Below are positions 1 through 13,249 of a stretch of DNA of 64,000 nt, one piece after another (the first letter of the stretch is position 1; each line of letters starts with the position of its first letter). The DNA is taken from assembly GCF_006345805.1 (NCBI RefSeq), contig NC_043007.1, positions 56,172,001 through 56,236,000 on the forward strand, in the 5' to 3' direction. A program made the position numbers and the translations under genes. Origin of the DNA: Octopus sinensis (taxonomy: Eukaryota). The notes beneath the pieces were generated by a model that had not been told where the DNA came from, did not search any database, and saw nothing but the letters and a program-made list of their open reading frames with translations.

Positions 1-1060
1 GAAAACTAAAATTCTTTACATTGCAGTATGCATGAACATTTATTTGTACACAAGCAAGTAGTAGCATATTAAAAAAAAAAAACAAGGATTTCTGTTCCGT
101 GACATGTGTGTCGATTTGTTCATTCTTAATCGGATGAAAACAAAATAATGGCTTGTTGCTATTGTTTTCTCTTCCTTTTATGAAAGAGCTAAAGTCTTTA
201 GTTACAACACAGACAAGAAATGCAATGAAATAAGATTACTTAGAACTGAATGCATTGAAATTATTTGAAAAAATATTTTTAAATCTAAAACAAAAAACAG
301 AAAAAATTCTGAAAAATGTCAGCATGGGAACACCTTAAGGGAAATTCTAAATTCAGCTTATTTCTATAAAGTCTTTTCAATGTCTTGAGAAATACATGAT
401 TAGAATTCATGATGAAACGATCGTTTCTCATTTAAAAATAAATTCTTTTTGTAACAATATTAAAAATAACGATTTTTAAAATATTTTTCTCGCTCAGAAA
501 GTCGTCATCTTAAATATAATCAGACAATAGAATAATTTTGTTATTCTAATGAATCAGCTTTATTATTTTCCATTGACGCAGAGAGAAAAAACGGAAGATT
601 TGTAATTTTCTTTTTATATCTGGTCTAAAGCGAAGACAAGTTCATTTTGTTCTGATGTTATATATGTAGGCAGTTCAACATGTTATTTGCTTCTAGTGTG
701 GGGCTTAAATAAACTGGATTGATTAGGATAAGGAGGAGTGGGTGAATAAATTTATGCGTTGGGATAGTAAATTATATAAGAAAATAACGAAGGCGTTGCT
801 TGATCATGGTTTTACAAGAAATGTGGAATGAGATTGAGCCGCTCGAGACTGAAAGCTTTTTCAATAATATTAGTAGTGTAAATAAAGTAAATGATAGTTA
901 GACGGTAATTGAAACCAGATCTCAGAATCAACTCGACAAGAATGTACATTCTACTCAACAACTACTTAGAAATGACACAAGAACTATACCATGTATAAAC
1001 ACAATCCCAATTTTGCTGGTAGGGTTATACTTGATTGGATTATTCCTAATATATTACTTA

Positions 1061-1277
1061 AGGTGGTGAGCTGGAAGAATTGTTAGCACACCGGGCAAAA
1101 TGCTTAGCGGCATTCCGTCCGTTTTTACGTTCTGATTTTAAGTGCCGCCGAGGTCGACTTTACCTTTCATCCTTTCAGGGTCTATAAAATAAGTGCTAGT
1201 TGAGCACTGGGGTCGATATAGTCGACTTACCCCTGCTCCGAACCTACTGGCCTTGTGTCAAATTCTGAGACCAATAT
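1061..1277 (+). mobile_element. tRNA-derived SINE, family B (GTCGACTTTGCCTTTCATCCTTTCGGGGTCGATAAAATAAGTACCAG central domain)
   Basis: Head ggtggtgagctggaagaattgttagc, central domain gtcgactttacctttcatcctttcagggtc, tail ggccttgtgtcaaattctga. Near-identical copies recur about 12 times in the window. Confidence 0.85.
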
Positions 1278-1339
1278 GTTACTTGTGCTTATTTTATCAA
1301 GTCCAAAATGATGAACAGTAAAAATATCATGAAAATTAC

Positions 1340-1550
1340 CAAATTTTGGCAAAATGGCAGCAGTTTTAAGGGGTGGGGTAAGTCGATTACATTGACGCTA
1401 GTGTTCAACTGGTACTTATTTTATCGAAAACCGAAAGGATGAAAGGCAAAGTCGACTTCGGCGGAATTTGAACTCAGAACGTGAAGATGGACGAAATGCC
1501 GCTAAGCATTTTGCCTGGCCTGATAACGATTCTGCGAGTTCCCCACTTTC
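1340..1550 (-). mobile_element. SINE family B, inverted relative to the 1061 copy
   Basis: Reverse complement of the family B body (gaaaggatgaaaggcaaagtcgacttcggcggaatttgaactcagaacg). Confidence 0.85.
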
Positions 1551-3134
1551 CAAGCATGACATATTGACATAGCTTTAAATCAAAATTTGCAGATTTTCAA
1601 ACAACATTATTTAATAGCATTCTTTCTATATCTCGACTTCGTTCTCAATCTTAAAATCTCTTGTTAGTTTCGGTGGGCTGACCTTGGCAAAATATATTTC
1701 GGCCAAGGTCATGACATAAATCTAGTGTTAGCATTATCATATATGATAACAATAACAATGATATCATCTAAAATTCTTTATATAAGCATCAAAGCTGAAA
1801 CTCTGGGGGAATAGAATTTGGAAGTTGAGACATTTATGTATTTCCAAAGGACATAATACATAATGATAGTGTCATCATATGGAGCGTGGCCGACTTGATA
1901 AGACAAATGGTTTATCGATTTCTCCATGACAACTTTTCCAACAGTTCATTCTTTACAGAAGCTGAAATGTTGAGTGAACTAGAAATTAGTAGTCGTTATG
2001 GTTATGCAATTCCAAAGTGAGTTGGTCATGTGAATAAATTGCTTCGTATTTCAAATCAAGTTTCAGACTCCTCTTGCTCTTCTTATGCTAGCTTTAAAAT
2101 ATTGACCTCAGAATTGGGAAGAAACCGGAGGCGGAGAAGAAGGTTAACAGAAAACAGTAGGAGAAGGTGGAGGAGAAGGAGAAGAAGAAAAAGAAAGAAT
2201 TTTATTATCATGTTGATGAAAAGGATGAGAAAAAGAAAAATCTCGATGGTAAACAAAAGGCCTGAGTGTTCTGTATTTGAAGTTAAGGATTTATCTTTGT
2301 CACTGGTTAAGAAACAATATTTTCTTTGAACTCAGAGAAGTCAATAGTTTCTACTATCGTGTACTTATTGCATAAATCTTGGTACAGTCCTACACATTTA
2401 ATTCAACTTCACTGGTTAATGGAAATGTCTTCAAAGAAATATATAATATTTCTAACTACAGCTCGTCACCGAAAATTTGGCATAAGAATGACATATGTAG
2501 CTTATATAGATTCTTCAAAGAAAGTAGATTCTTTTGTTTTCATACTTGATTGAATTCACAAATGATGATTTCTGACTAAATGTCTATATAGCACTTTTCA
2601 TAAAACTTTTAATGTGTACGAAAACTTATTCAGTGGATTTATACTTAATCAGAAATCACCTCATTTCTACAGTTGATTATTGTGTTTTAAATTGATCAAA
2701 TAACTGTAAAATGTATAACCTACATATGCTATGTAAATAACAATTTGTATAATACAAACTTATAGATTTTCTACAATTCTCTCTTTCTCTGTATTAGTCG
2801 GTTGGTATATCCCATAATCCACTGGTATGACGAAGTCATTATATTTAGTCTACCGAAGACAAGATTTTTTTACTTTCCAATTCCTTTAAAACTGCGCTGC
2901 AATATAGCTTAGACTGAAGACACTATTATAGTGTGCAAATGGGCACTTTACCAGCGTTATCGAACTAAATGTATTCCTTCTCAGTTTTGGTGTTAGCTAT
3001 TGCAGTTGTGCAATCAATGGAATAACTAGTCATTGAATTAAGGCTGAGTATTCCAGTTACTTATAATATTTACTAGGTTTAGTCAAAAGCTTTTCCGTGT
3101 TTCAAGCTTATAACAAATTACATATGAAAAACAT

Positions 3135-3567
3135 TTATTCATCAAAATATAACCCAACATATTCTATTCCGTGTTGCATTCGATGTTCCAGAAGCTTAAC
3201 TCCAATGTTATAACATTTGGCTGGCTTAGAGGCAAAAAATCCCTGCACCCATTTCTGGGTCAAAATAAAATGCAAACTTCTGTCCAAACCGTCATTATTT
3301 ATCCACAAATTCTGAAGCTTTGCCGGAATGAAAACACTGATATATATTATTAAGATTACGAAAATACATCCAATTTTATCCCCGGTTACAATTCGACGCC
3401 AAAGTAGGCATCTCGAGGATTTGCCAGCAGTTGTTTGCAAATGTTCGCACGTCATTGAGCATGGCCATTGGTCAGTTCATGAAGAGCTTTGCGACTGTTC
3501 ACAAAGACAAGCTTATAGAATCATCGATTGATGGTGCTTTGTGAAGGACCAAGTTCTTCCGATAGTG
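3135..3567 (-). pseudogene. Degenerate, internally deleted mariner transposase fragment
   Basis: Minus strand translates across frameshifts as LSEELGPSQSTINR..HELT..RIVTGDK and KWVQGFFASKP..YNIGVKLLEHR..GIEYVGLYFDE, matching the mariner HTH end, first catalytic D and C-terminus. Confidence 0.7.
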
Positions 3568-3789
3568 TACACGTCAGGCGGTAACTTTTAGCACGGATGG
3601 TGTGGCTATTTTGTGTGTATGTATGTGGGGGGGGAGTGAGGAGAGTAGTTGCAGGTGATAATCATTGGGGCCGTTCTTGTGTGCCCTTGATATTTTCCGT
3701 ATTCTCCATATTCTCCTTGACATTTTTTCCATACAATCGCATGAAATTTCGCCGATAAAATGGGAAATTATTAAGCCAGTAACCTGTTA

Positions 3790-5236
3790 TGAGGTCTGGT
3801 CCTGAGGATTACCTGTTGGACATTTTCCGTGGACTGTTTCCAACATTTCGCCATCTATTTCATATGCCTTTTGCTGGACATGCTTGCAATAGTCCTGTTT
3901 CCGTTCTTTTAGCTATATAGCTTGATTGTTGAATCGATCATTTGCTTCCCATACCGATTTCCAGTAGCCCTCACCCTGATCTTTTGTGGGGGTGTCTTTT
4001 ACAGAGACTGAGCCTTTTGCATTGAAGTTGCGATGAGCTGACATATCATTTATTGAGCAATTACGGTTTATATGCTCTAAATTGTTTCTTTAGTTTTCAG
4101 CCGTAGCTGTGAGATGTTGCAGGCGGTGCTGTTTGGCGTTTAGGTTTTTCAATCCTGTATCACCAAATCGCTTCTCTAGTTTATTTTTCGTAGTTCCTCT
4201 TAATGCCCCATGAAGTTGTTCTCTGTTACATTTCATAACTACAATGATCTGTGAGATACTTCTTCCCATGAATAAAATTTTATTTTTCAAGTTACATGAC
4301 CATGCTGGATTAGGCTTTCTGCCTGTATATCTCGATTGTGTGGTTGAGACATATATAAAAAGGTTTATGGTTGCCTATGATTCACATCAAGATTTTGGAT
4401 TTGTTGAAGCATATCATCCCAGATCACTTGTAAGGCATCCACGAGTTTTAGTGTTCTTCTGTTTGTACAATATAGCTATGGCTTTCAGTTAAATTGTTGG
4501 TGTATTGTTCACTACAAGATTTAGCCGACCGTTTTATCTGTTCGTCAGTGCAGGAGGGATGATTATCTTCAATGGCTAGGCTTATAGTTCCAGCCTTCTT
4601 TAAATCAGACATTGCCGTTACATGTACCAATTCACACCTAATGACACGTTGGGCTTTTGGGGAAAATTGTAATTCTGGGTGTTTGGAGTTACACAAATAT
4701 TTTAGCCTTTGCATAGAACCGAACTTTTCGGTGTCACATTGTACACATATTTCATAGATAATGTCAATGCGGTTGCACAGACGATGTGTAGGACAGGCTG
4801 GACCAGCTATAATGGGTCTTAGCTGAAGGTCTTTTGGTTGTAGTAGTTTTATGTATTCACTGCCTTGTTTCTTGATAACGTTTTCTCTTTCTTTTCACTT
4901 ATGTATTTTAGGTAAGCCTTAGAAGTTGCTGGATTTCGACTCAAAATTGGTAATATAGTCCCTTTCATTAGGAGTGAGGGAATTATTATGTTTTGAGACT
5001 GTACAAAACTTAAGAAGTCAGTCATTTTACTACAGATGTCAAGAACTCAAATGTCAATTAAATACATTTTGAAATCGATGATTACTACGAACGTATGAAA
5101 GCGCTAATTGAAATTTATGAACATTACAAAATATTTTTTAATGTTTAACACACTTCAACATTGTAAACAATTTTATATTTTTTGAAATACCATAATAAAA
5201 AACGTGAAAACCAGACCGTGTTTTAAATTTATTCAA
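3790..5236 (-). mobile_element. Penelope-like element remnant (RT N-terminal fragment about 4770-4995, degenerate coding 3790-4770, probable inverted pseudo-LTR about 5000-5236)
   Basis: Minus strand ESKSSNF*GLPKIHK...LQLRPIIAGPACPTHRLCNRIDI is the PLE RT motif 1/2 region. A hammerhead-like core lies on the plus strand at 5073-5110. Confidence 0.65.
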
Positions 5237-5341
5237 CTGATGTATGTATGTATGTATGTATGTATGTATGTATGTATGTATGTATGTATGTATGTATGTA
5301 TGTATGTATGTATGTATGTATTTATGCACGTATGTATGAAA

Positions 5342-5619
5342 TGTAGTACAAGTAGAAAGACATATTTTGCAAAGCGTAAGTACTGATAGAACAGCATATA
5401 TACAGGATAAAATCTTTACTGAACAGAAAATGTTTTTCAGCAACCAGTCATGAGACTTTACCATGGTAAAGCACTTTGACCGTAAACTGAAGGGATGTGA
5501 GTTCGAGTTTCATAGCTGGCTGCTGACAAATTTTTCTACTCTGTAAGGATTTTATCCTATATATGCTGTTCTATCAGTACTACGCGTTGAAAAAAATATA
5601 TCTTTCTACTTGTAGTACA
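5342..5619. repeat. Imperfect fold-back (about 115-bp arms) with tRNA-like loop
   Basis: tgtagtacaagtagaaaga...gtactgatagaacagcatata...ccagtcatgagact pairs with agtttcatagctgg...tatatgctgttctatcagtac...tctttctacttgtagtaca. Confidence 0.85.
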
Positions 5620-5996
5620 ATACATTTTAGCGCTTCAAAAACAAACTTACGTTTGTTTACATATGATATAATTTGTATGTATGTATATAAATAATCCAAA
5701 TTTAGGGAAAGGAGCCGGTAAATTCCAAGCAGAACCTCAAAAGTAGTAATTGCTCAAAGGAGAGGTACTCCTCTAGGTACTTATCAGGTCGAAGATATCT
5801 TAGTCAAATGAAGGTTACATTGTCGTTAAGGAATCCCAAGTAAACTCGCAGGGGATTTGATCAAAAATGCATTTTCGATCAAATCTCCTGCTTGGCTACG
5901 GGGACATAGAACAAAGCAAGTGGTGAGGAGGCACAAAACACACACACACTCACACACACACACACATGCACACACACGCACACACGCACACACACA

Positions 5997-6034
<38 letters not shown>

Positions 6035-6294
6035 TATACACCACTGGCTTCTTTCTGTTTCCGTCTACTAAATCCACTCAGGAGGCTTTGGCTGAGCAGC
6101 AAACCACACATCCATACGCACAGACACATACATGCACGCCCACCCACTCATGTGCCCACACACGCACGAACACACACACATTAACACAATTGCTTTTATC
6201 CATACACATCCATATTTATATATAGATCGATGGATGTGCATGTGTGGGTGCGCACACGCATAGGTGTGGATGTCTTATATTTTACTTGGATCAG

Positions 6295-6900
6295 TTCAGG
6301 AAAGGCATTTCAAAAAAGAATGCTAAGACTGGACGGACGAAGTGAAAACGCGTGTAATTCTGAGGAAACTAGCAACGATAGAGCATGAAAAATATTGTAA
6401 GTTTATATTGCCTAAAAAAGTTTCTGATATACATTTCACGGACACAATTTTCATTTTATGTAGGATGTTCATTGCAAAAACGTATTTGAACACTGAAGAA
6501 AGCGATGACGAAATATTTAACACATATGCGGGTAGAGTGAGCAGAGGGTGCGAGATTTAAACTAGATAAACTAACTCCAGACTCGTTCAAAGTGTCTGAG
6601 TTTTGCTCAGAAACTTACTGCCTCGAAGGTGACTCCTTTTTCTTCTGGGTCATATTTAAATTCATTTATTGAATTCGCTACATGGTTTGGCGGAAACGTA
6701 TTTTCCGGTTTTGTTACCAACTTCATTAGTTGCATCATTTGTTGCTAAAACATTTGTTGTTCTTGTTGTTCTTTGAGTTGTTGTGGTTGCTGTTTTTGCA
6801 ATATGTACAGCAAAAATGTTTGTTACTTCTCTGTCACGTTTTTAATTTCTCCACGTGAAAAGTTTTTCAATGTCGACTGCGTAAATGGCTTATTTTCAAC
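6295..6900. pseudogene. Ty3/Gypsy gag remnant split by an inversion
   Basis: Minus strand 6900-6615: QQQ-rich then NSINEFKYDPEEKGVTFEA. Plus strand 6300-6600: WTDEVKTRVILRKLATIEHEKYCKFILPKK...TYAGRV...FKLDKLTPDSFK. Both are typical of invertebrate Gypsy gag. Confidence 0.7.
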
Positions 6901-6958
6901 GTTGTCCACGTGAATTGTTTATATCCTCGTCACCATGTGGATCCTCGTGCACATTATA

Positions 6959-6991
<33 letters not shown>

Positions 6992-6994
6992 CAT

Positions 6995-7205
6995 ATTTTG
7001 TGTGTGTCTGTGTTTGTCGCCCCCACCACCATCACTAGTCAACTGATGTTGGTGTGTTTACGATTCTGTAACTTAGCGGTTCTGCAAAAGAGCCCGATAA
7101 AATCAGTACTAGGCGTACAAAGAATAAGTACTGGGGTCGATTTGTTTGACTAAAGGCGGTGCTCCAGCATGGCCGCATCCAAATAACTGAAACAAGTAAA
7201 AGGAT
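6995..7205 (+). mobile_element. SINE family A, 3' half
   Basis: tttgtc..ccaccatc..gtaacttagcggttc..aagaataagtactggggtcgatttgtttgactaaaggcggtgctccagcatggcc..ctgaaacaagtaaaagg. Confidence 0.85.
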
Positions 7206-7211
7206 AAAATT

Positions 7212-10200
7212 ATATCTTTCTTTATTAGCCACACGGGACCGAACACAGAGGGGACAAAATACAATGTAGAGCTTTTCCATTTTACAAGGAATGACCGTTA
7301 GGCGGTAAATTATGGTCGACGAGAGGAACACATTGGCCACCTTCGCCCTCCCTTTCAAAGATAGCCACCACCAAGACCAGGTCTTGACTACGAGGGTCAC
7401 CTTGTTCGATATCTGTTCTTTTCTATCTGGAGATCTGGGCCAAACTAGACTCCTAGTAACTTAACTGGACTCTCCGTCCAACATCCCACGACGCTATCCG
7501 AAGGCATCCACTTTCCCCTCCAGGTGTCGAGTTAATCTTTGTTAATTTTCCCGGTTAATCTTTTTCCAGGTTAATCTTTGCTCCTGCCACCGTCTCGTAA
7601 ACCTTGATGGTTTCACCTACCCCCTATAGGTCACGATGATGGTAATGTCCGCATATGCTAAAACCGATCCTCCACAACCTGACTTCGCCGGGATGCCACT
7701 CATCTTTTACTGTAACGGCTCAAGAGCCATCACATACAAAAGTGGTGAGAGTGGATATCCTTGGCGAATCGAACGTTTGATGCAGAACAGCTTTGAGAGA
7801 AAACAGTTCACCCGAACAATCGAGTCAATGTTGTCGTACAATTGTATGATCCACCTAAGGAAGCCAAGACCTAGTCCGAACTGCGCGAAAACGGATACCA
7901 GGTAATGATAGTCTACCCTATCGAATGCTTTAGCTTGGTCTAAATGGACCAGTGCCCCACCCTTGCCAGGATCACTACCAAACCCTTCTATGGTGTAGCG
8001 TAGAAGATGCAGATTATCCTGGATTCTTCTGCCGAGGATAGCACATGTCTGTGCTTCCTCGATCAGACTATCATCGACACGCGTCAATCTTTTTGCTAAC
8101 ATCTTGGCCAAAATCTTCAGCTCTGCGTTTAGCAGAGAGAGGAATTTAAAGTTCTCTATTTTATCCCCTTGGGTCCTTTCTGACCAGCGTCACCACTCCT
8201 CGGCGTACAGATCTGGGAATCATCCCATTCTACTACTAGTTCGTGTAAACACTAGCCAGTAGGCGCCTGAGCAAGTCTGGCATACTCATTTATAATTCGT
8301 AAGGCAGACTATCAAGACCCGGTGCCTTACCAACACCGATATCCGCTAGAGCCTCTATCACTTCTTCAGGTGTAATCGACCCTTCACAGCACTCCACATC
8401 CCACCTTGGGAGACGCAGAAACCCGGCGAGGAAGTCTGTATGGTCCAACCTACTGTCCGGTTCGTCGCTCCGCCCGAAAAGCTGGGCGAAGTGCTCCAGA
8501 AAAGTCTTACACATTTCCTTGTAGATTCGTCAACAATCGGACTGCTGAATCATTTCCACGTTCGGCTTCCACCATTCGGGTCCATCCAGCGGCCCTGATC
8601 CCCTCGCAAACTATTGCACGAAGTCTAGCCCTGACAATACAGCCATTGTGCTTGGCTTCGAAGTGCTGGTTTAATTCCAGTCTCTTTGCCTTCACCTGGG
8701 ATGCACTGCCAGTTCTCATGCCTTTCTCTAGGGCCTTAACTACTTCTTCCCTCCTACGTTCTCTAGTCACTAAAGCTATGCTATATCAAATAGACTCAAA
8801 TTTAATCGCTCTTTTTAGGACATACCACCACTTGTTGTTAATAATGGTACCGGTCATTGCCCTCTGTATCAAGAACTTAATCCGGTTCCTGTACAATTCA
8901 ATCTCCAAAAGGGATGTATTGAGTTTCCAGTAGCCGGAACCTTTACTATATAGCTTATCTAGGTTCAGCTTACAAGTGACAAACTTGTGATCACTGTAGC
9001 TGACTGGGTGAAACTGGGCACTTAGCTATATCTTTATCAGTCTTTCTAATTAGAATTATATCTATGTAAGACCTTAAAGACCCGTCGCCGCTTGACTATG
9101 TCCACAATGGGGCGTTCGGGAATTCTAGTCCGTATGGATCTACTAGCTGAAAACGACTTAGTAGATCCCGGAAGTCAGGATTTGTTTTCCTATCCGTATT
9201 CGAGACAACACTATCCACGCCTGCATCGCGAATAGTGTTAAAGTTTCCTAACAGAACTAATGAATGTGACGTGCCCAGAAACTTCTCTACGTCACGAAAA
9301 TAATCAGTCTGACTGGAATTGGGTGCGTAAATTTCAACTAGTCTGATTATCACACCACAGCTGAACGTCAAATCCAAAACGACAAGCGTACCTTCTGGAT
9401 CAACAAAAATCAACTTTTTCTCTGAAACTCGGTTTCTTTTTAATAGATCCAACACCCAACATCCGCCCGCAGGCCGGCCTAGAGAAATAAATTTCTCGTA
9501 ACCGTCCAGGAGCGGGAGCAGATCTCTTGGCCCTTTTAACCAGGTTTCAGTAACAACAACAACATCTAAGTTCCGTGCCCTAACGTCATTCAGGAAACTC
9601 TTGCTTCCAATTCGACGTTAGGCCACGTACATTCACACAATTTACGTGAACAGCCATAAAGTCTTATCTTGCTTCGTCGGTTACTGGAGATGGTGGTGGT
9701 GGTGAATCTGGTACCCTTTCTTTTTAACGGACTCGTGGAGTCGGATTGAGTAGGCCATTGTAGATTACAAGTGAGATGTATAGTCTCAGGGAACCTACAT
9801 CATTCCTGAGCTCGCTCGCAAGTATGTTGTAGTTTTTTGAGTCGATGTGATAAATCGCAAAACCTTCTTCACATTTCTCTTCTTCCATTTGCTTGGCGTG
9901 GATAGTGTTCAGGCTGTTCATTAGTCTGCTGTTTGAGACCCGTACCGCCATGTAACTGTCTTATTTCTCTTCGGTTTTTATTGGCAAAGATTGCCTTTTT
10001 AAATGTCCTGTTATTGCTTTTTTCTGGGCAGGTTGGTTTTATTTTATTTTTATTCACGAACCACTCCTTCCCTTCATTGTCGTTTACTGGTGTTCCGCTG
10101 CTGGTTTCTGTCTCTTCCTGCGTTTCTTGTTCTTTTACATCTTTTTCTTTTGTTTCTTTTCTGGGAGGATTACACATGGCTTTTTTTTCTTCCTATAGTT

Positions 10201-10492
10201 AAAACACTGTGGTTGCCTCCTCTCGACCATTACCTGGTCTCTCCTACTTGTATAATTTCTGGAATTTTTTCCAGAGTCAGGGCTCGGCTTGAATAGTAAT
10301 TTTAACACCTTGTCTCTGCCAGATTCTATCTTCTATTACCACTGCCTCCAGCAGTGTGATCTTTTCTTCTAGTCCCAATGTTAATGCCGCGACTAGCTAA
10401 TCTACATTAACCTCTGGTGGTATATTGCTTATATTGATCTTCGAAGTTCTCTATATGGGCAGGAGCACCACTTCATCGGTTCTTAATGGACA
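7212..10492 (-). mobile_element. Degenerate Tx1 (L1-clade) non-LTR retrotransposon: partial ORF1, APE endonuclease, RT, internal deletion, 3' UTR
   Basis: ORF2 starts at ATG 9657 (MAVHVNCVNVRGL..VVVTETW). Motifs IYAPN, LGNFN, KAPGLDSLPYEL, LDQAKAFDRVD, SIRQGYPLSPLLY, LSLKGRAKVAN. The 3' end matches the other Tx1 copies (tgtcccctctgtg..gtgtggctaataaagaa). ORF1 remnant about 9700-10490. Confidence 0.9.
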
Positions 10493-10604
10493 AAAGCTTT
10501 GTGAGTGGATATGGTGGACCGAAACTGAAAGAAATCCGTGGTATGTACATATACATAAATACATACACGTATGTGAGCTTGTGTGTTTGTGTGTGTGTGT
10601 GTGT

Positions 10605-10661
<57 letters not shown>

Positions 10662-10865
10662 TTCTTTGTGCCAGTGTTTGTCCCCCACCATCGTTTGACC
10701 ACCGGTATTGGTGTCCCTAGCAGCTCGGCAAAAGATATCGAAAGAATAAGTACCAAGCTTTAAAAAAAGCACTGGAGTCGATTAAGTCGATTACAAATTC
10801 TTCAAGGCGGTGTCTCAGCATGGCCGCAGTCGAATGACTTAAAAAATAAAAGGCAAAAGATAAAA
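10493..10865 (+). mobile_element. SINE family A (headless) with internal (TG)n, abutting the Tx1 ORF1
   Basis: gtgagtggatatggtggaccgaaactgaaagaa, (TG)n, and tail aaggcggtgtctcagcatggccgcagtcgaatgact. Confidence 0.85.
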
Positions 10866-10979
10866 AAAAGATTTTAAAAACTCGTGCATAGTTCTATAGA
10901 AAATATGAAAAATGTGGTCATATTCTTGATCTAAGGGAATGTTGCATGATGCTCGTTATGTTGTAATTATTATTCTTGT

Positions 10980-11150
10980 ATTTCGCCTGTCTTTACGTTC
11001 TGAGTTCTAATTCCGGCAAGGTCAACTTTGCCTTTCATCCTTTGAAGGTCGATAAAATAAGTACCAGTAAAACACTGGATCGACGTATTCGACTAGTCCC
11101 TTCCCCAACAAAGTTTCAGGCCTTGTGTCTTTAGTAGGAAGGATTAATAT
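10980..11150 (+). mobile_element. SINE family B (partial)
   Basis: ttacgttctgagttc..gtcaactttgcctttcatcctttg..gtcgataaaataagtaccag. Confidence 0.8.
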
Positions 11151-11297
11151 TCTTGATACTGCAGTTTGTATTGTTCTCACAAGCGATATTTAATTACAGC
11201 TGTTGTAACGCTAAGAGTTTATTATCGCAGCTACTGCTGCTGATGTTGATGAACATGATCATGTTACAGATGACGATGAGAACGGCAGCAAACCACG

Positions 11298-11650
<353 letters not shown>

Positions 11651-12479
11651 ATGCAGAGGAAAAGGAGGTGGAAAATCTTGTTTTGACTTCAGTGTTAAAC
11701 GACTTTGACCTTTCAGTTTGATTACCATTTTCTCAGTGCTATATTGTCAATCAAAATTATTTGACTATTGTCTCGAATTCTCCACACAGTTCCACCGAGA
11801 GATTTAAATGTCGAAGCAGGTTGAAATCTTTTGTCCAGATCACAAGGTTTTCGCGTATATTGGAAGAAATAGAACAAAAAAGTTGGTCCAATGCTGTCAT
11901 GCTAGAGCAACACCAAAGGTAGATACTAGGCATGTAAAACCGCCCCCATAGACACACACAAACACACACACATACACAGATGCACATGCATACACATACA
12001 TACACATACAAGTACATACGCACACAGATACGCGCCCATATTCAGAAATGTCTGCGTTTTCAGAGTGTTGGAGCAAAACTCGCTCTCTTCCCTCCGTGAC
12101 GTCTACTTGTGAAAACAACTTGCTTGTCCTCCTAACAAGATGCTGCATTACTTCTGGACTACTTCGCCAGTGGTCGCCTACACTGATCGATTTGCCATCA
12201 AAAGCTATATCGATCTAAAATACTGCATTGCAAAGCTTTGATGTTGTCAGTGCAGTAAATTGATTATGAAAGATTTTTTTAATGAATTCCTAGAAAAAAA
12301 ATATATAGACGACCTTGTTAGTTTATGATGAGGGGAGAATTTGTGGTGAGTCGAGTAGTGAATTTTGATTTTTTTGTTTGATTTTAGTAGGGTGGGGATT
12401 ATATCATTGATTAACTGATTGATTGCTGCCTGTAGTTTATTACAAACAACTGGTTTGTGTTTTGGTTTGATTTGCAGTT

Positions 12480-12520
<41 letters not shown>

Positions 12521-13249
12521 CGCGCGCGCATGTGTGGTGCGGTGGTATTGGACTTTGATCAAGACAAAAAATTCTTAGTGTCTACAATCATTATTCTATA
12601 TCCATGGAAAGAAGAGAAAAGTTTTTCTGTCTTAACACACTTCAAGCTGAGACAGATGCACATTCTAAAGCTCGTCGAATTAACATAATTTATATTTTAA
12701 GGCTCGTTTTATAGGTAGGCTGAGAACTGAGGAGGAATATTGTAGACTAAAGATGGGTTCCAATCGTGCCAAGTCAGCTGTAGTCAGGTTTTAATTTTCG
12801 CGTGTAGGTCTTACATTTTACATATATTGCGACTCATTATCGTCACGGACGTCATTTCTCTTTGTTTAAAGTTAATACGAGTTCAAAGTTAATACAGTAA
12901 CCAACGTTGATAAATAAAGCTAAACGCGAATAAGTATGCAGAAAATAAACAACATATATTTCTCGATTTCATATAAATTAATAAATATAGAAGGAAAATC
13001 TCTCTAAAAGTAATTATAACCTATCAACCTTCTTTCGGTCAAATCACTGCAAACACCAGGCAGCTTTGCTAGTATAATTGTCATATGAAACATATAATTT
13101 ATCGTTGGCTGTAAATTACATTAGGTTTTCTTTTATCTAGTTTCATAGTCGTTTGAGTGCCATCCAGTCCTTGCTCTATTTCCACGTTGAGCCTTTCTGT
13201 TTGATATTATAAACCTGCGATTCCCCATCGCAATATTTTTTTTATATAT

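Noticed and set aside
1-340. Possible TTAA-type DNA transposon end (gggaacacc|TTAA)
   Set aside because: Only one end is visible and there is no transposase evidence.
2030-2329. Arg/Lys-rich 99-aa ORF
   Set aside because: Low-complexity purine tract with a non-ATG start.
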